Position numbers and translations under genes: made by a program. A DNA stretch of 64,000 bases. It comes from an uncultured bacterium. GTDB lineage: Bacteria; Krumholzibacteriota; Krumholzibacteriia; LZORAL124-64-63. Positions 25,769 through 34,109 of this stretch are shown here, in pieces. The notes beneath the pieces are model-generated. The model was not told where the DNA came from. It did no database searches and saw only the letters and a list, made by a program, of their open reading frames with translations. The stretch lies in contig CAVSZB010000005.1 of NCBI GenBank assembly GCA_963732385.1, positions 64,001-128,000 on the forward strand, written 5' to 3'. The number at the start of each line of letters is the position of its first letter. Within the stretch, counting starts at the first letter, position 1.

Positions 25769-26857
25769 TCAGGCGTCCCCGGGGGGCTGCAGGCCCAGCA
25801 GGTCCTGCACCTGGCCCCGCACGTCCTCGTTCTTGACGAAATCCCTGAACAGCGACTCGAACGGCAGATCTCCCCACTTGACGGCGCGCTCGATCAGCAG
25901 AGCGACCGGGCTGTGCGGCTCGGTGCGGCGCAGAAATTCGGCCACGACGCGCAACTGCCGATAGGCCTGCTCGCGCGTGGCGATCGGCCCCGCGGCGGTT
26001 GCGACCCCGCCCCCGCCCCCGCCGGGCGACGACGCGCCGGGCGATGCCCCGGCCGACATCGCGGCAGCGGCTCCGTCGACCGGCTGGTCGCCGCTGCCAG
26101 CCTGATCCAGCTGCGCCTGGCACGCCTCGAGCAGATTGCGCAGGTCGAGCAGGTGCGGCGCCTCGGGTCCGAATTTCGACTCGCAGGCGTCGCCAAGAGC
26201 CGTCAGTTCGGCGGCGCAGGCCGCGATCGCCTCGCGCAGCGCCGCCAGCCGGACAGGCGGCGTCCGGCCCAGCGCCGTGCGCCACTGCTCGCCGGTGATC
26301 AGGCCGGCGTCGATCATCTCCTGGTACTGCTGACGGTCGGACCGCCGTGCCGCCTCTTCGACCCGACGCGACTGCTCGAAGTCGAACAGGCTGCGCGGCG
26401 AGTCCCCCGGCGCTCCGGCCAGGGGGATCTGACGGACCGCGGTCAGGAAGTCGCGCGAGGCGCCGAGCCAGGCCAGCGGCCGGGCCCGGATCGCCAGGTC
26501 GATCCCGTCCTCGTCGCAGCCCGGATAGAGGGTGTCCCAGAAGCGGTCGATCAGCTCCCGGATCAGCCGCAACCCCGCGGCCAGCCCCGGGAACCCCTCC
26601 GTGCGCGCCAGCGCCAGGGTGAGCGTGGCGGCAAGCTCCAGGTCCTTGCTCCGCTCGCGCAGGGCGGCGGTGCTCTCGCGCAGCACGGCCGGCCAGTCGG
26701 CGTTGCGGCCCTGCCCCTCGGGATCGGTCGTCGCATCGACTTCCCGGCGCAGCTCCGCGAGGCGGCGGAAGGTCGTGTCGCCCGCGATCAGGCGCAGATC
26801 GACGCCGGCCGGATGCTCGGCGGAAATGGGCAGCAGGAAACTCTCGAGATCAACCAT
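25769..26857 (-). CDS. tssA: T6SS protein TssA, short (TssA1-like) form
   Basis: ImpA N-terminal LL.PIS...PAG.DLR, SKDLE, FWDTLYP; C-terminal REQAY..L..VAEFLRRTEPHSP. Confidence 0.92.
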   Translation of the reverse strand: MVDLESFLLPISAEHPAGVDLRLIAGDTTFRRLAELRREVDATTDPEGQGRNADWPAVLRESTAALRERSKDLELAATLTLALARTEGFPGLAAGLRLIRELIDRFWDTLYPGCDEDGIDLAIRARPLAWLGASRDFLTAVRQIPLAGAPGDSPRSLFDFEQSRRVEEAARRSDRQQYQEMIDAGLITGEQWRTALGRTPPVRLAALREAIAACAAELTALGDACESKFGPEAPHLLDLRNLLEACQAQLDQAGSGDQPVDGAAAAMSAGASPGASSPGGGGGGVATAAGPIATREQAYRQLRVVAEFLRRTEPHSPVALLIERAVKWGDLPFESLFRDFVKNEDVRGQVQDLLGLQPPGDA

Positions 26858-26965
26858 GGCGGAACGGCCGGATCTTGTCGTGCACCCTTTACCTGACGCG
26901 GTCGGCGCAGCACAAACCGCGACGTGGCGCTCGGACGACCCGCCGGCACCCCCCTTGTGCCGCGC

Positions 26966-26994
26966 AGCTTAGCCGCCTCGATACCATGAGTCAA
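26966..26994 (-). promoter_or_regulatory. Putative sigma70-type promoter of the tssA-vgrG operon
   Basis: Minus strand reads TTGACT-N17-TAAGCT, about 110 nt upstream of tssA. Confidence 0.55.
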
Positions 26995-27081
26995 CCCGCG
27001 GCTTGGCGCCGTTCAGGAGCCTTCAAATCGCGCCCCGGCAGCCTTGTGCATCCCCCGCGCCTGTCCTATCCTCCTGCGTCC

Positions 27082-28530
27082 ATGTCCAGTGAATACGCAC
27101 ATCCGGCCAGCCGCCCCACCGTGCGGTCGCTCCTGACCGTCCACCACGGACGCGAAATCTCGCGCCTGGCGTACCCGACCATCCTCACGATGCTCTCGCA
27201 GACCCTCATGTGGACGATCGACACGGCGCTGCTCGGCCGCGTGTCGAGCACGGCGCTGGCGGCCGCGGGCCTGGGCGGGATGATCACCTGGGCCGGCTAC
27301 AGCCTCTGCAACCAGCTCAGCCGCATCACCGGCACGTTCGTGGCGCAGGCGCACGGCAAGGGGGACGACGAGGCGGTCGGCGACTACGTCTGGCAGGGGA
27401 TCTGGCTGGCGCTGACCGGCGGCCTCGTCCTGCAGGCGATCGGTTATTTCAGCTACCTCGGCCTGCCGCTGACCCGCAACCCGGCCGAGGTGCAGACGCT
27501 CGCCTACACCTACATCAAGTGGCGCTCGGCCAGCGCCGTCGGCACGCAGCTCTCGTTCGCCCTGATGGGCTTCTTCCAGGGTCGCCGCGACGTGCACGTG
27601 CCGATGTGGGCCGGCGTCGTGGCCAACGTGATGAACCTGGTGCTCGACCTCTGGCTGATCTTCGGCTGGTCCGGCTTCGAGCTGGGCGGCCACCGCTGGC
27701 TCGCCATGGCGCCGCACGGCGTGGCGGGCGCCGCCATCGCCACGAGCGTGAGCATCTTCGCCAACGCCGCGATCCTGGCCGCCTGGCTCTGGCTACCCCG
27801 GATGCACCGCCTGCGCTACCGGATCCATGTGCCGCGCCGTCCCCGCCCCCGCGAGATCCGCGACCTGGTGCGCGTGGGCAGCCCCTCCGCCGGCGAGAAC
27901 TTCATCGACATGGCGTCGTTCGTGGTCTTCAGCTCCCTGATCGGCCGGGCCGGAGCCGCCCAGCTCGCCGCCAGCCAGATCACGATCAACCTGCTGTCGT
28001 TCTCGTTCATGCCGATCTGGGGCCTGACGATCGCCGGCTCCGTGCTGGTCGGCAACTGGATCGGCGCCGGCAACCCCGAAGCCGCCGAGCGCTACGGACG
28101 GCAGGTCTACAAGCTGGGCGTCTACTACACCCTCGCCCTGGGCGCCCTGCTCGTGCTGCTGCGCGGCCAGCTGTTCCGCGTCTTCACCCCCGACCCCGCC
28201 GTGATCGCCCTCGGCTCCGGTCTCGCCCTCGTGGCCGCCGCCTTCCAGTTCGGCGACGGCCTGCGCATGATCGGCGGCGGCCTCCTCAACGGCGCCGGCG
28301 ACACCCGCTTCCCCATGATCCAGAGCCTGTTCGTGCTGTGGGGCCTCTTCCTGCCGCTGACCTGGTGGATCATCGTCCGCCAGGGGGGAGACGTGCGCGC
28401 CGCCTGGCTCGGCGGCGCCGTGATCTACCTGCTGCAGGCGGCGGGGCTGTGGTGGCGGGTCAGATCGGGGAAGTGGAAAAGGGTGCGCATCTTTACGGCG
28501 CGGCCGGACGGCGACGCGCCTGCCTCCTAG
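27082..28530 (+). CDS. MATE family efflux transporter
   Basis: LAYP.IL, IDTALLGR..STALAA.G, GVAGAAIAT, LAASQI, GAGDT; about 12 TM segments. Confidence 0.92.
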   Translation: MSSEYAHPASRPTVRSLLTVHHGREISRLAYPTILTMLSQTLMWTIDTALLGRVSSTALAAAGLGGMITWAGYSLCNQLSRITGTFVAQAHGKGDDEAVGDYVWQGIWLALTGGLVLQAIGYFSYLGLPLTRNPAEVQTLAYTYIKWRSASAVGTQLSFALMGFFQGRRDVHVPMWAGVVANVMNLVLDLWLIFGWSGFELGGHRWLAMAPHGVAGAAIATSVSIFANAAILAAWLWLPRMHRLRYRIHVPRRPRPREIRDLVRVGSPSAGENFIDMASFVVFSSLIGRAGAAQLAASQITINLLSFSFMPIWGLTIAGSVLVGNWIGAGNPEAAERYGRQVYKLGVYYTLALGALLVLLRGQLFRVFTPDPAVIALGSGLALVAAAFQFGDGLRMIGGGLLNGAGDTRFPMIQSLFVLWGLFLPLTWWIIVRQGGDVRAAWLGGAVIYLLQAAGLWWRVRSGKWKRVRIFTARPDGDAPAS

Positions 28531-28641
28531 CACGGGGATCCTCGGCCGAGGCTCCGTGCGCGACAGGGCAGAGCGAGAGAGAGCGGCGGCCAGCCCGCCG
28601 GTTGCGCAATACCGCCACGTGCCCCGGCCTCGCCGCCGCCA

Positions 28642-31600
28642 TCATTTGACCAAAGTCATGCGCCTCGTCTCGCCGAACGAGTCGGCCTCCATACGGCAGA
28701 CGTACACGCCCGAGGCCACCTGCTGCCCGTGGTCGCCCGTCCCGTCCCATTGGATCTCGTGACTCCCGGCGGCCCTCACCTCGTTCATGAGCACGCGGAC
28801 CAGATGGCCACTCAGGTCATATACGGCCAGCCGAACCGGTCCGGTCCGGGGCAGCGTGAAACAGATCGTCGTCAGGGGATTGAACGGGTTGGGGCGCGCC
28901 GTCTCGAGCACGAGGCCGTCGGGAGCCGGGCGGTCCGGCGCCGCGGTCACCTTCTGCAGGGTGAAGCGCTGGCTGCGGACGTATACCACGTGGCCTGCGG
29001 TATCGATGACCCGCAGGCGCAGGACCGCCTCCTCAGAGGACGCCATCGGGACGGTCCAGAAGTACCGCTCACCCTTGATCTCCTCCGGGGTCAGATCGGT
29101 GTCGATCGGGACGTAGGTCGCGCCGGCGTCGAGCGAGTAGTCGAGCCGGCCGCTCTGGGCCGCCGGCGGTCCGCCGTCGTACAGCTCCCAGCGGATCGAA
29201 TAGACCGTCCCCTCCACCAGCACGTTGCCGCGGAGGGGGGCCAGGAAGTAGATGCCGAAAAGGCTGGGATCGATCGTGATCGGGCCGTGGGTGAGAACCG
29301 TGCTGCCCAGTCCGGCCACGTCCACGCCCCGCACGTGGAAGTAGTTGGCCCCCTCCTTGCCAAGGGTGCTGGTGGCCGTCAGGTCCGTGGTCTCGACGGT
29401 GTTGTCGAGGGTGACCGGCGGCGTGGCGCCCCCGCCGACCAGGTAGGAGTAGCCGGCGACCCCGCTGGTGGCGTCGGTCGAGGGCAGCCAGTCGATCGAC
29501 AGCTGCGTCGGGCCCAGCGTCTGGCCGCCGTCGAGCGTCGCGTAGTCATAGCCTGGCGCCGTCGGCGGCGCCATGTCGATCCAGAACGGACCCAGGTGCA
29601 GGGTTTCCGCGGCGTAGTTGCCCGCGTAGTCGACGGTCCGCACGTGGAACCAGTGGTCGTTCCCGTCGGGCAGCGGCGGGCTCGTCTCCGCAGTGAACTC
29701 GCCGTAGGTCGTCACGACCGTCGGCGCGGTCGCCGCTGACCGGTCCCACAGGGTGGCGTACTGCGGCCAGGAACCGGCGCAGTTGTCGTAGCCCCAGTTC
29801 CACTGCGCGCTGACCGTGTTGTCGGTGGTCGACCAGACCCCCACCGTGTGCGAGCTGCTGGTCAGGCTCGTGGGATTCGTGGGCGGCTCGAGGTCGAGGC
29901 TGAAGCTCCAGCAGGAGGTCCAGTCGCTGACCAGGCCGCACTCGTGGAAAGCGCGGACCCGCCAGTAGTAGACGAGGCCCGACTGCAGCCCGGACGGCGT
30001 ATAGGTGTTGGACGTGGTTGTGCCGACACTGCCGACCCCGCAGCTCGTGCCGATCTGTACCTCGTAGTGGTCCCAGTCGTCGATATGGTTCCAGCTCAGA
30101 ACGGTACTTGACGATCCGCAGGCCGTGCCGTCGCCAGGGCCGATGCGGACAGGGGCCGCGACGAGCACGGGTGCGGTCTTGAACGTCCAGCAGAAGCCGG
30201 GCGTGCTGCTCCAGTCGGTCGTCTGCCCGCAGACGGTGTGGGCCCGCACGCGCCAGTAGTAGGTGGTGTTGGGCAGCAGACCCGGCATGGCCAGAGTCGT
30301 GCCGGTGATTCCCGTGGTGATGCTCCCCTCATAGCAATAGACCGGGCTGAGCTGGAGGTCGTAGGTGGCCGCGTCGGGCAGGGGCGACCAGTCGAGAACG
30401 AAGCGCGATCCGCCCTGGCAATGCTCGCCGTCATCCGGGCTGACCACCGTACTGACCACCGCGGGATTGGGCGCCGTGCGGAAGGAACGGCACGCGCTCC
30501 AGACGCCCCAGTCGCCACAGTCGGCGCGCGTGCGCACGCGCCAGTAGTAGGTCGTCCCGAGCGATAGCCCGTACCAGCTGTGGGAAGTCATCGAGGTTTC
30601 GACGACCGTCCCCCCGTCGCAGGACTCGCCCACCTGGAGCTGGTAGTCGGCGTACGGCGCCACGGGATTCCAGGTGAACAGCACGTCCGGCGCGACGCAG
30701 ATCTGCCCGTCGATCGGCATGCCGAGGGCCGGCGGCCAGGCAGGAGGGCAGATCACGACGATTTGGTGGGCGTTCCAGCCGTTGCCGGTGTTGTTGGCGT
30801 TGTTCCAGTCCGGAGCCACCAGGCTCACGATGACGAAGTAGGTGCCGCTTTGCGTGACGGGGGGGATCAGCGGCGGCACGTCGGCCGTGATCCTCGCCCC
30901 GCTCTGCGGCGCGAAGGTGCGCACGAAACTGCCGGGTCCCATGTCGACGTCGTCCATCGACCAGCTGTCATCGGTGGACAGGTAGGCGCGATACGTCCAG
31001 GTCCCGCTGACTGCCGCGGACGAGTAGTTGAAGACCGCGAAATCGAGCCAGGCCATGCGGTTGCCGGACTCGATCTCCTCCGGACCGTTGGCGTCCATGA
31101 CGATGAGATCCGGCTCCGGCGGCGTGTCCTCGGCGATCATCTGCCCGATCTGGGCGAACTTGGTTTCGGTCACCTTGCAGTCGACCGTGACCGTGGAACG
31201 ATCGCTCGTCGAGAGGACGGCGTAGATGGCCCCCGTCGTCGTCTTCAGGGCTCCCGAGCCGCTCGTGCCGCCCCAGGTGGGACCGTCCCAGCTCGCGCGG
31301 TTGTCCCAGCCGTCCTGGCTGCAGTCGTCGAAGGAGCCGGCGTTCTCGTACATCAGCTCGCCGGTGTAGGGAGCCTCGGCCGGGTACCCCTCGTGCCGCC
31401 AGATACTGCTTTCCCAGGAGTCGCAGTCGTTGTCGTAGCCCCAGCCCCACCAGCCGGTCAGGGCGCCGATGGGGTGGTCGAGGTCGATGACCGCCACGTC
31501 GTGGTCGTAGTCGTAGTCCTCGGTCCAGAGCGTCCAGACATGGATCTGGGCTTCCCTCGCGGTGCCGAACGGCCTCTGCCCCTGCTCGTAGCCCGGAATC

Positions 31601-32175
31601 ACCTGGACCGAGTCGATGAAGGCGGAGAGATCCTGTTTGTAGACGCAGTGCGCCGCCGTGAGGACGTGCTGGGGGTCGATCAGGGTGCCGGAGCAATGGC
31701 CCCCGGATGTGTTGCCGCCATAGTAGAGGAACAGCTTGACCCGCCGCGGGTAATATCCGATCGCGGGATTGGCCACTTCGCTCCAGGTGGAGAAGTTCTT
31801 GGCCACCCCCTCGGGGTCGTCGAGCAGCTGGTCGATGCCGAACCCTGCGCGGGTGTAGGGCTCGATCAGCCCCTTCAGGCCGTCGACGCTCCGCTCCCTG
31901 ACGAGACCGGTGGCGCGATCCAGCGTCAGGATGCGGCTCTCGTCCTCCGGCGCGCCGGGCGCGCGGCGCGGCGGCGGCGGCGGCTCCATCGGCATGAGCG
32001 TGGCCAGCGGGCTCTGCAGGCGGTCGTCCGCCGTAGCTCCGGCCGCAGGATTCGGCTCCTGATCTCCAGGATCCGCCCCGGCGCCCCGCGGCAGGACAGC
32101 GATGATGAGCAGGAAGAGAGACGCCACGCCTGCGAAGGTCGACAGGAGGGAGGCGCGGAAACGCACCGGCTGCAT
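28642..32175 (-). CDS. Secreted trypsin/V8-like serine protease with FN3 repeats and FlgD-Ig-type C-terminal domain
   Basis: Signal peptide; CSGTLI...VLTAAHC, DVAVIDL, GGTSGS triad; three YYWRVR repeats; PNPFNP...WDG...ASGVY. Confidence 0.85.
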   Translation of the reverse strand: MQPVRFRASLLSTFAGVASLFLLIIAVLPRGAGADPGDQEPNPAAGATADDRLQSPLATLMPMEPPPPPRRAPGAPEDESRILTLDRATGLVRERSVDGLKGLIEPYTRAGFGIDQLLDDPEGVAKNFSTWSEVANPAIGYYPRRVKLFLYYGGNTSGGHCSGTLIDPQHVLTAAHCVYKQDLSAFIDSVQVIPGYEQGQRPFGTAREAQIHVWTLWTEDYDYDHDVAVIDLDHPIGALTGWWGWGYDNDCDSWESSIWRHEGYPAEAPYTGELMYENAGSFDDCSQDGWDNRASWDGPTWGGTSGSGALKTTTGAIYAVLSTSDRSTVTVDCKVTETKFAQIGQMIAEDTPPEPDLIVMDANGPEEIESGNRMAWLDFAVFNYSSAAVSGTWTYRAYLSTDDSWSMDDVDMGPGSFVRTFAPQSGARITADVPPLIPPVTQSGTYFVIVSLVAPDWNNANNTGNGWNAHQIVVICPPAWPPALGMPIDGQICVAPDVLFTWNPVAPYADYQLQVGESCDGGTVVETSMTSHSWYGLSLGTTYYWRVRTRADCGDWGVWSACRSFRTAPNPAVVSTVVSPDDGEHCQGGSRFVLDWSPLPDAATYDLQLSPVYCYEGSITTGITGTTLAMPGLLPNTTYYWRVRAHTVCGQTTDWSSTPGFCWTFKTAPVLVAAPVRIGPGDGTACGSSSTVLSWNHIDDWDHYEVQIGTSCGVGSVGTTTSNTYTPSGLQSGLVYYWRVRAFHECGLVSDWTSCWSFSLDLEPPTNPTSLTSSSHTVGVWSTTDNTVSAQWNWGYDNCAGSWPQYATLWDRSAATAPTVVTTYGEFTAETSPPLPDGNDHWFHVRTVDYAGNYAAETLHLGPFWIDMAPPTAPGYDYATLDGGQTLGPTQLSIDWLPSTDATSGVAGYSYLVGGGATPPVTLDNTVETTDLTATSTLGKEGANYFHVRGVDVAGLGSTVLTHGPITIDPSLFGIYFLAPLRGNVLVEGTVYSIRWELYDGGPPAAQSGRLDYSLDAGATYVPIDTDLTPEEIKGERYFWTVPMASSEEAVLRLRVIDTAGHVVYVRSQRFTLQKVTAAPDRPAPDGLVLETARPNPFNPLTTICFTLPRTGPVRLAVYDLSGHLVRVLMNEVRAAGSHEIQWDGTGDHGQQVASGVYVCRMEADSFGETRRMTLVK

Positions 32176-32411
32176 GGCGCGACTCCTTTGCAGACGCGCG
32201 TGTGGCCGAAACGCGGCCGGACGGACAGGGTCGCCGGAGGCGAGATCCAGGCACGAGTGTAGCACGGATGACGAGGGCGCGACAAATCTCCCCGCGATTT
32301 GAACCCCTCCCGACCGCGACCGGCATGTGGCGGTGGCGAGGTGGCGGCCGGAGAAGATCAGGGCGGGTCGCTGACGTAGAAACGGGGGCGTCGGGCCGGA
32401 AGCTTACGAAC

Positions 32412-33449
32412 TCATGCTCCACCCGCGCCCCCGGCGGCAGGCGGGTCGGCTTCGTCGCGGTCGGGCCGCGGCCGCAGCCTGCGGTCCGTGAACAGGACGA
32501 CAACGGCCGCCAGCGCCATGAGCAGCAGGAGGATGCCAACCGACCGCAGGTAGCGGGCCGGATCGCACATCGCGAAATCGGGCACGGCGTTGAGCGTCGT
32601 GTGGACGGCGATCGGCACGAGCAGGCTGCCGCCGCCGCGGATGGTGATCCAGGTGAACAGCACTGTGACCGGCAGCGTCCACGCCTGTCGCAGGATCACC
32701 GCGCCGAGTCCTCCCCAGCGGGGGTCCGCCGTCAGGTCGATCGGCGCGTGCCAGAACGCCCACCAGAAGCTGATGATGAGGCTCGCCTCGAACGGACTGC
32801 GCGTGCGCAGCAGGCGCGGCAGCCAGACGCCGCGCCACCCCAGCTCCTCGCCGAGCGAGCCGCCGTACAGCAGATTCACGGCGAGCGAGGTGACGATCGC
32901 CCCCGCGGCCAGCGGCGACACGGCCACGCCGGCGATCGGCGCCGAGCCGGCCCCGCCGTCGGCCGCCAGCAGCCACGACAGCCAGGCGCAGCCGGCGCAG
33001 GCGAGTGCGCCGCCCGCCGCCCAGACCGCCACTGTCCGCGCCCGCGCCGATCCATCCGGCCACGGCACGAGCCGGTTGCCGCCGCGCGCGAAATGGAACA
33101 GGACCCAGGCACCGAACGCAACGAGCGCCGCCGTCCACCGCGGCCCGATCTCCGCCAGCGACGGGAATCCCCGCGTCGCGATCAGCGCGCCCAGCCCCAC
33201 GGCCGGCAGGTAGACGAGCGCCAGCGTGCGCCAGGCGCGCCGCGCTGCCCCCGCCTCGCTCCACGCGGCGACGATCAGGCCGGCGAAGGCCGGCGCGAAC
33301 ACCCCGACCTGCGCCACCAGCCAGTGGAGGTCCGGCGTCCGGATGTTCGGGCGCCCCAGCGCCCCCGACAGCAGCCAGAGAGGCCACGACAACGCGTACG
33401 TCAGCACGAGGAATACCGCCGTGCCGTGACGGGCGATCAGACGGGTCAT
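32412..33449 (-). CDS. CPBP (Abi/CAAX) family intramembrane metalloprotease
   Basis: EELGWRG, WAFWHAP, AVHTTLN; multi-TM. Confidence 0.88.
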   Translation of the reverse strand: MTRLIARHGTAVFLVLTYALSWPLWLLSGALGRPNIRTPDLHWLVAQVGVFAPAFAGLIVAAWSEAGAARRAWRTLALVYLPAVGLGALIATRGFPSLAEIGPRWTAALVAFGAWVLFHFARGGNRLVPWPDGSARARTVAVWAAGGALACAGCAWLSWLLAADGGAGSAPIAGVAVSPLAAGAIVTSLAVNLLYGGSLGEELGWRGVWLPRLLRTRSPFEASLIISFWWAFWHAPIDLTADPRWGGLGAVILRQAWTLPVTVLFTWITIRGGGSLLVPIAVHTTLNAVPDFAMCDPARYLRSVGILLLLMALAAVVVLFTDRRLRPRPDRDEADPPAAGGAGGA

Positions 33450-33593
33450 GTCGCTTCTTTCGCGCCGGGCAACCGGGTCGGGGTCCGGAGCGGATTATAG
33501 GGCGGGACCGGCCGACAGCCGACCCCTGTCTTCAGTCGACCGCGCTCGCACAGCCCGGAATCCGTGACGCGAGCGCGATGCGACCCGTCATGC

Positions 33594-33628
33594 CGCGCAG
33601 GAGAACCGGCTCCTGCGCGTTGTTGTCT
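33594..33628 (+). terminator. Terminator-like hairpin in divergent intergenic region
   Basis: CGCGCAGGAG-aaccgg-CTCCTGCGCG (10-bp stem) followed by TTGTTGTCT. Confidence 0.35.
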
Positions 33629-33732
33629 GATGGCACCGGTCGGGACGCTGCCGCCGACGCGCCTGGAGCGGATCACCGGGACCGGAACGACGACGCGCCG
33701 CGATCTTCGGTCCGTTCTGGGGGGAGGACGAA

Positions 33733-34080
33733 ATGCAGACCCTCAAGTTCAGAGTCCTTTTGCTGGCCGGGACCGTGCTGGTCGCCATCTGCGGGGGTTG
33801 CGCGCCCATGCCGTATTACGACGCTGAAGTCGTGGTCTTCGCGCCGGGGCCCGACGTCTATCCGTGCCCGCCGTCCCGGCCGCCCCACGGCAGACCGTCG
33901 GCCACGGGGACCTCGCAGCCGACGCAGCGGGACACCCCCCTCGCTCACGGCCAGATCACGTCCGACTCCGCAACCGGGACCCGCGAATTGCGGCCGGAAG
34001 TCCGGGTCCGGGTTCCGCGTCCCGAGCCGGAAAGCACTCCTGAACGGGTCGCCCCCAGCGGCCGCACCCGCACGCGCTGA
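33733..34080 (+). CDS. Small Pro-rich putative lipoprotein
   Basis: GGAGG SD; signal peptide ending ICGGC; low-complexity tail. Confidence 0.5.
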   Translation: MQTLKFRVLLLAGTVLVAICGGCAPMPYYDAEVVVFAPGPDVYPCPPSRPPHGRPSATGTSQPTQRDTPLAHGQITSDSATGTRELRPEVRVRVPRPEPESTPERVAPSGRTRTR

Positions 34081-34109
34081 GACTCCGCCGGCCCCGGCCG
34101 GCACGTAGT

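Noticed and set aside
13842..26857. Interpretation as prophage tail or eCIS
   Set aside because: Split TssB/TssC sheath, ClpV, TagJ and TssA are T6SS hallmarks; no capsid, tape-measure or lysis genes seen.
26944..26958. Sigma54-like GGCAC-N5-TTG near tssA
   Set aside because: -12 element is GT rather than GC and it points away from tssA; a better sigma70-type match exists.
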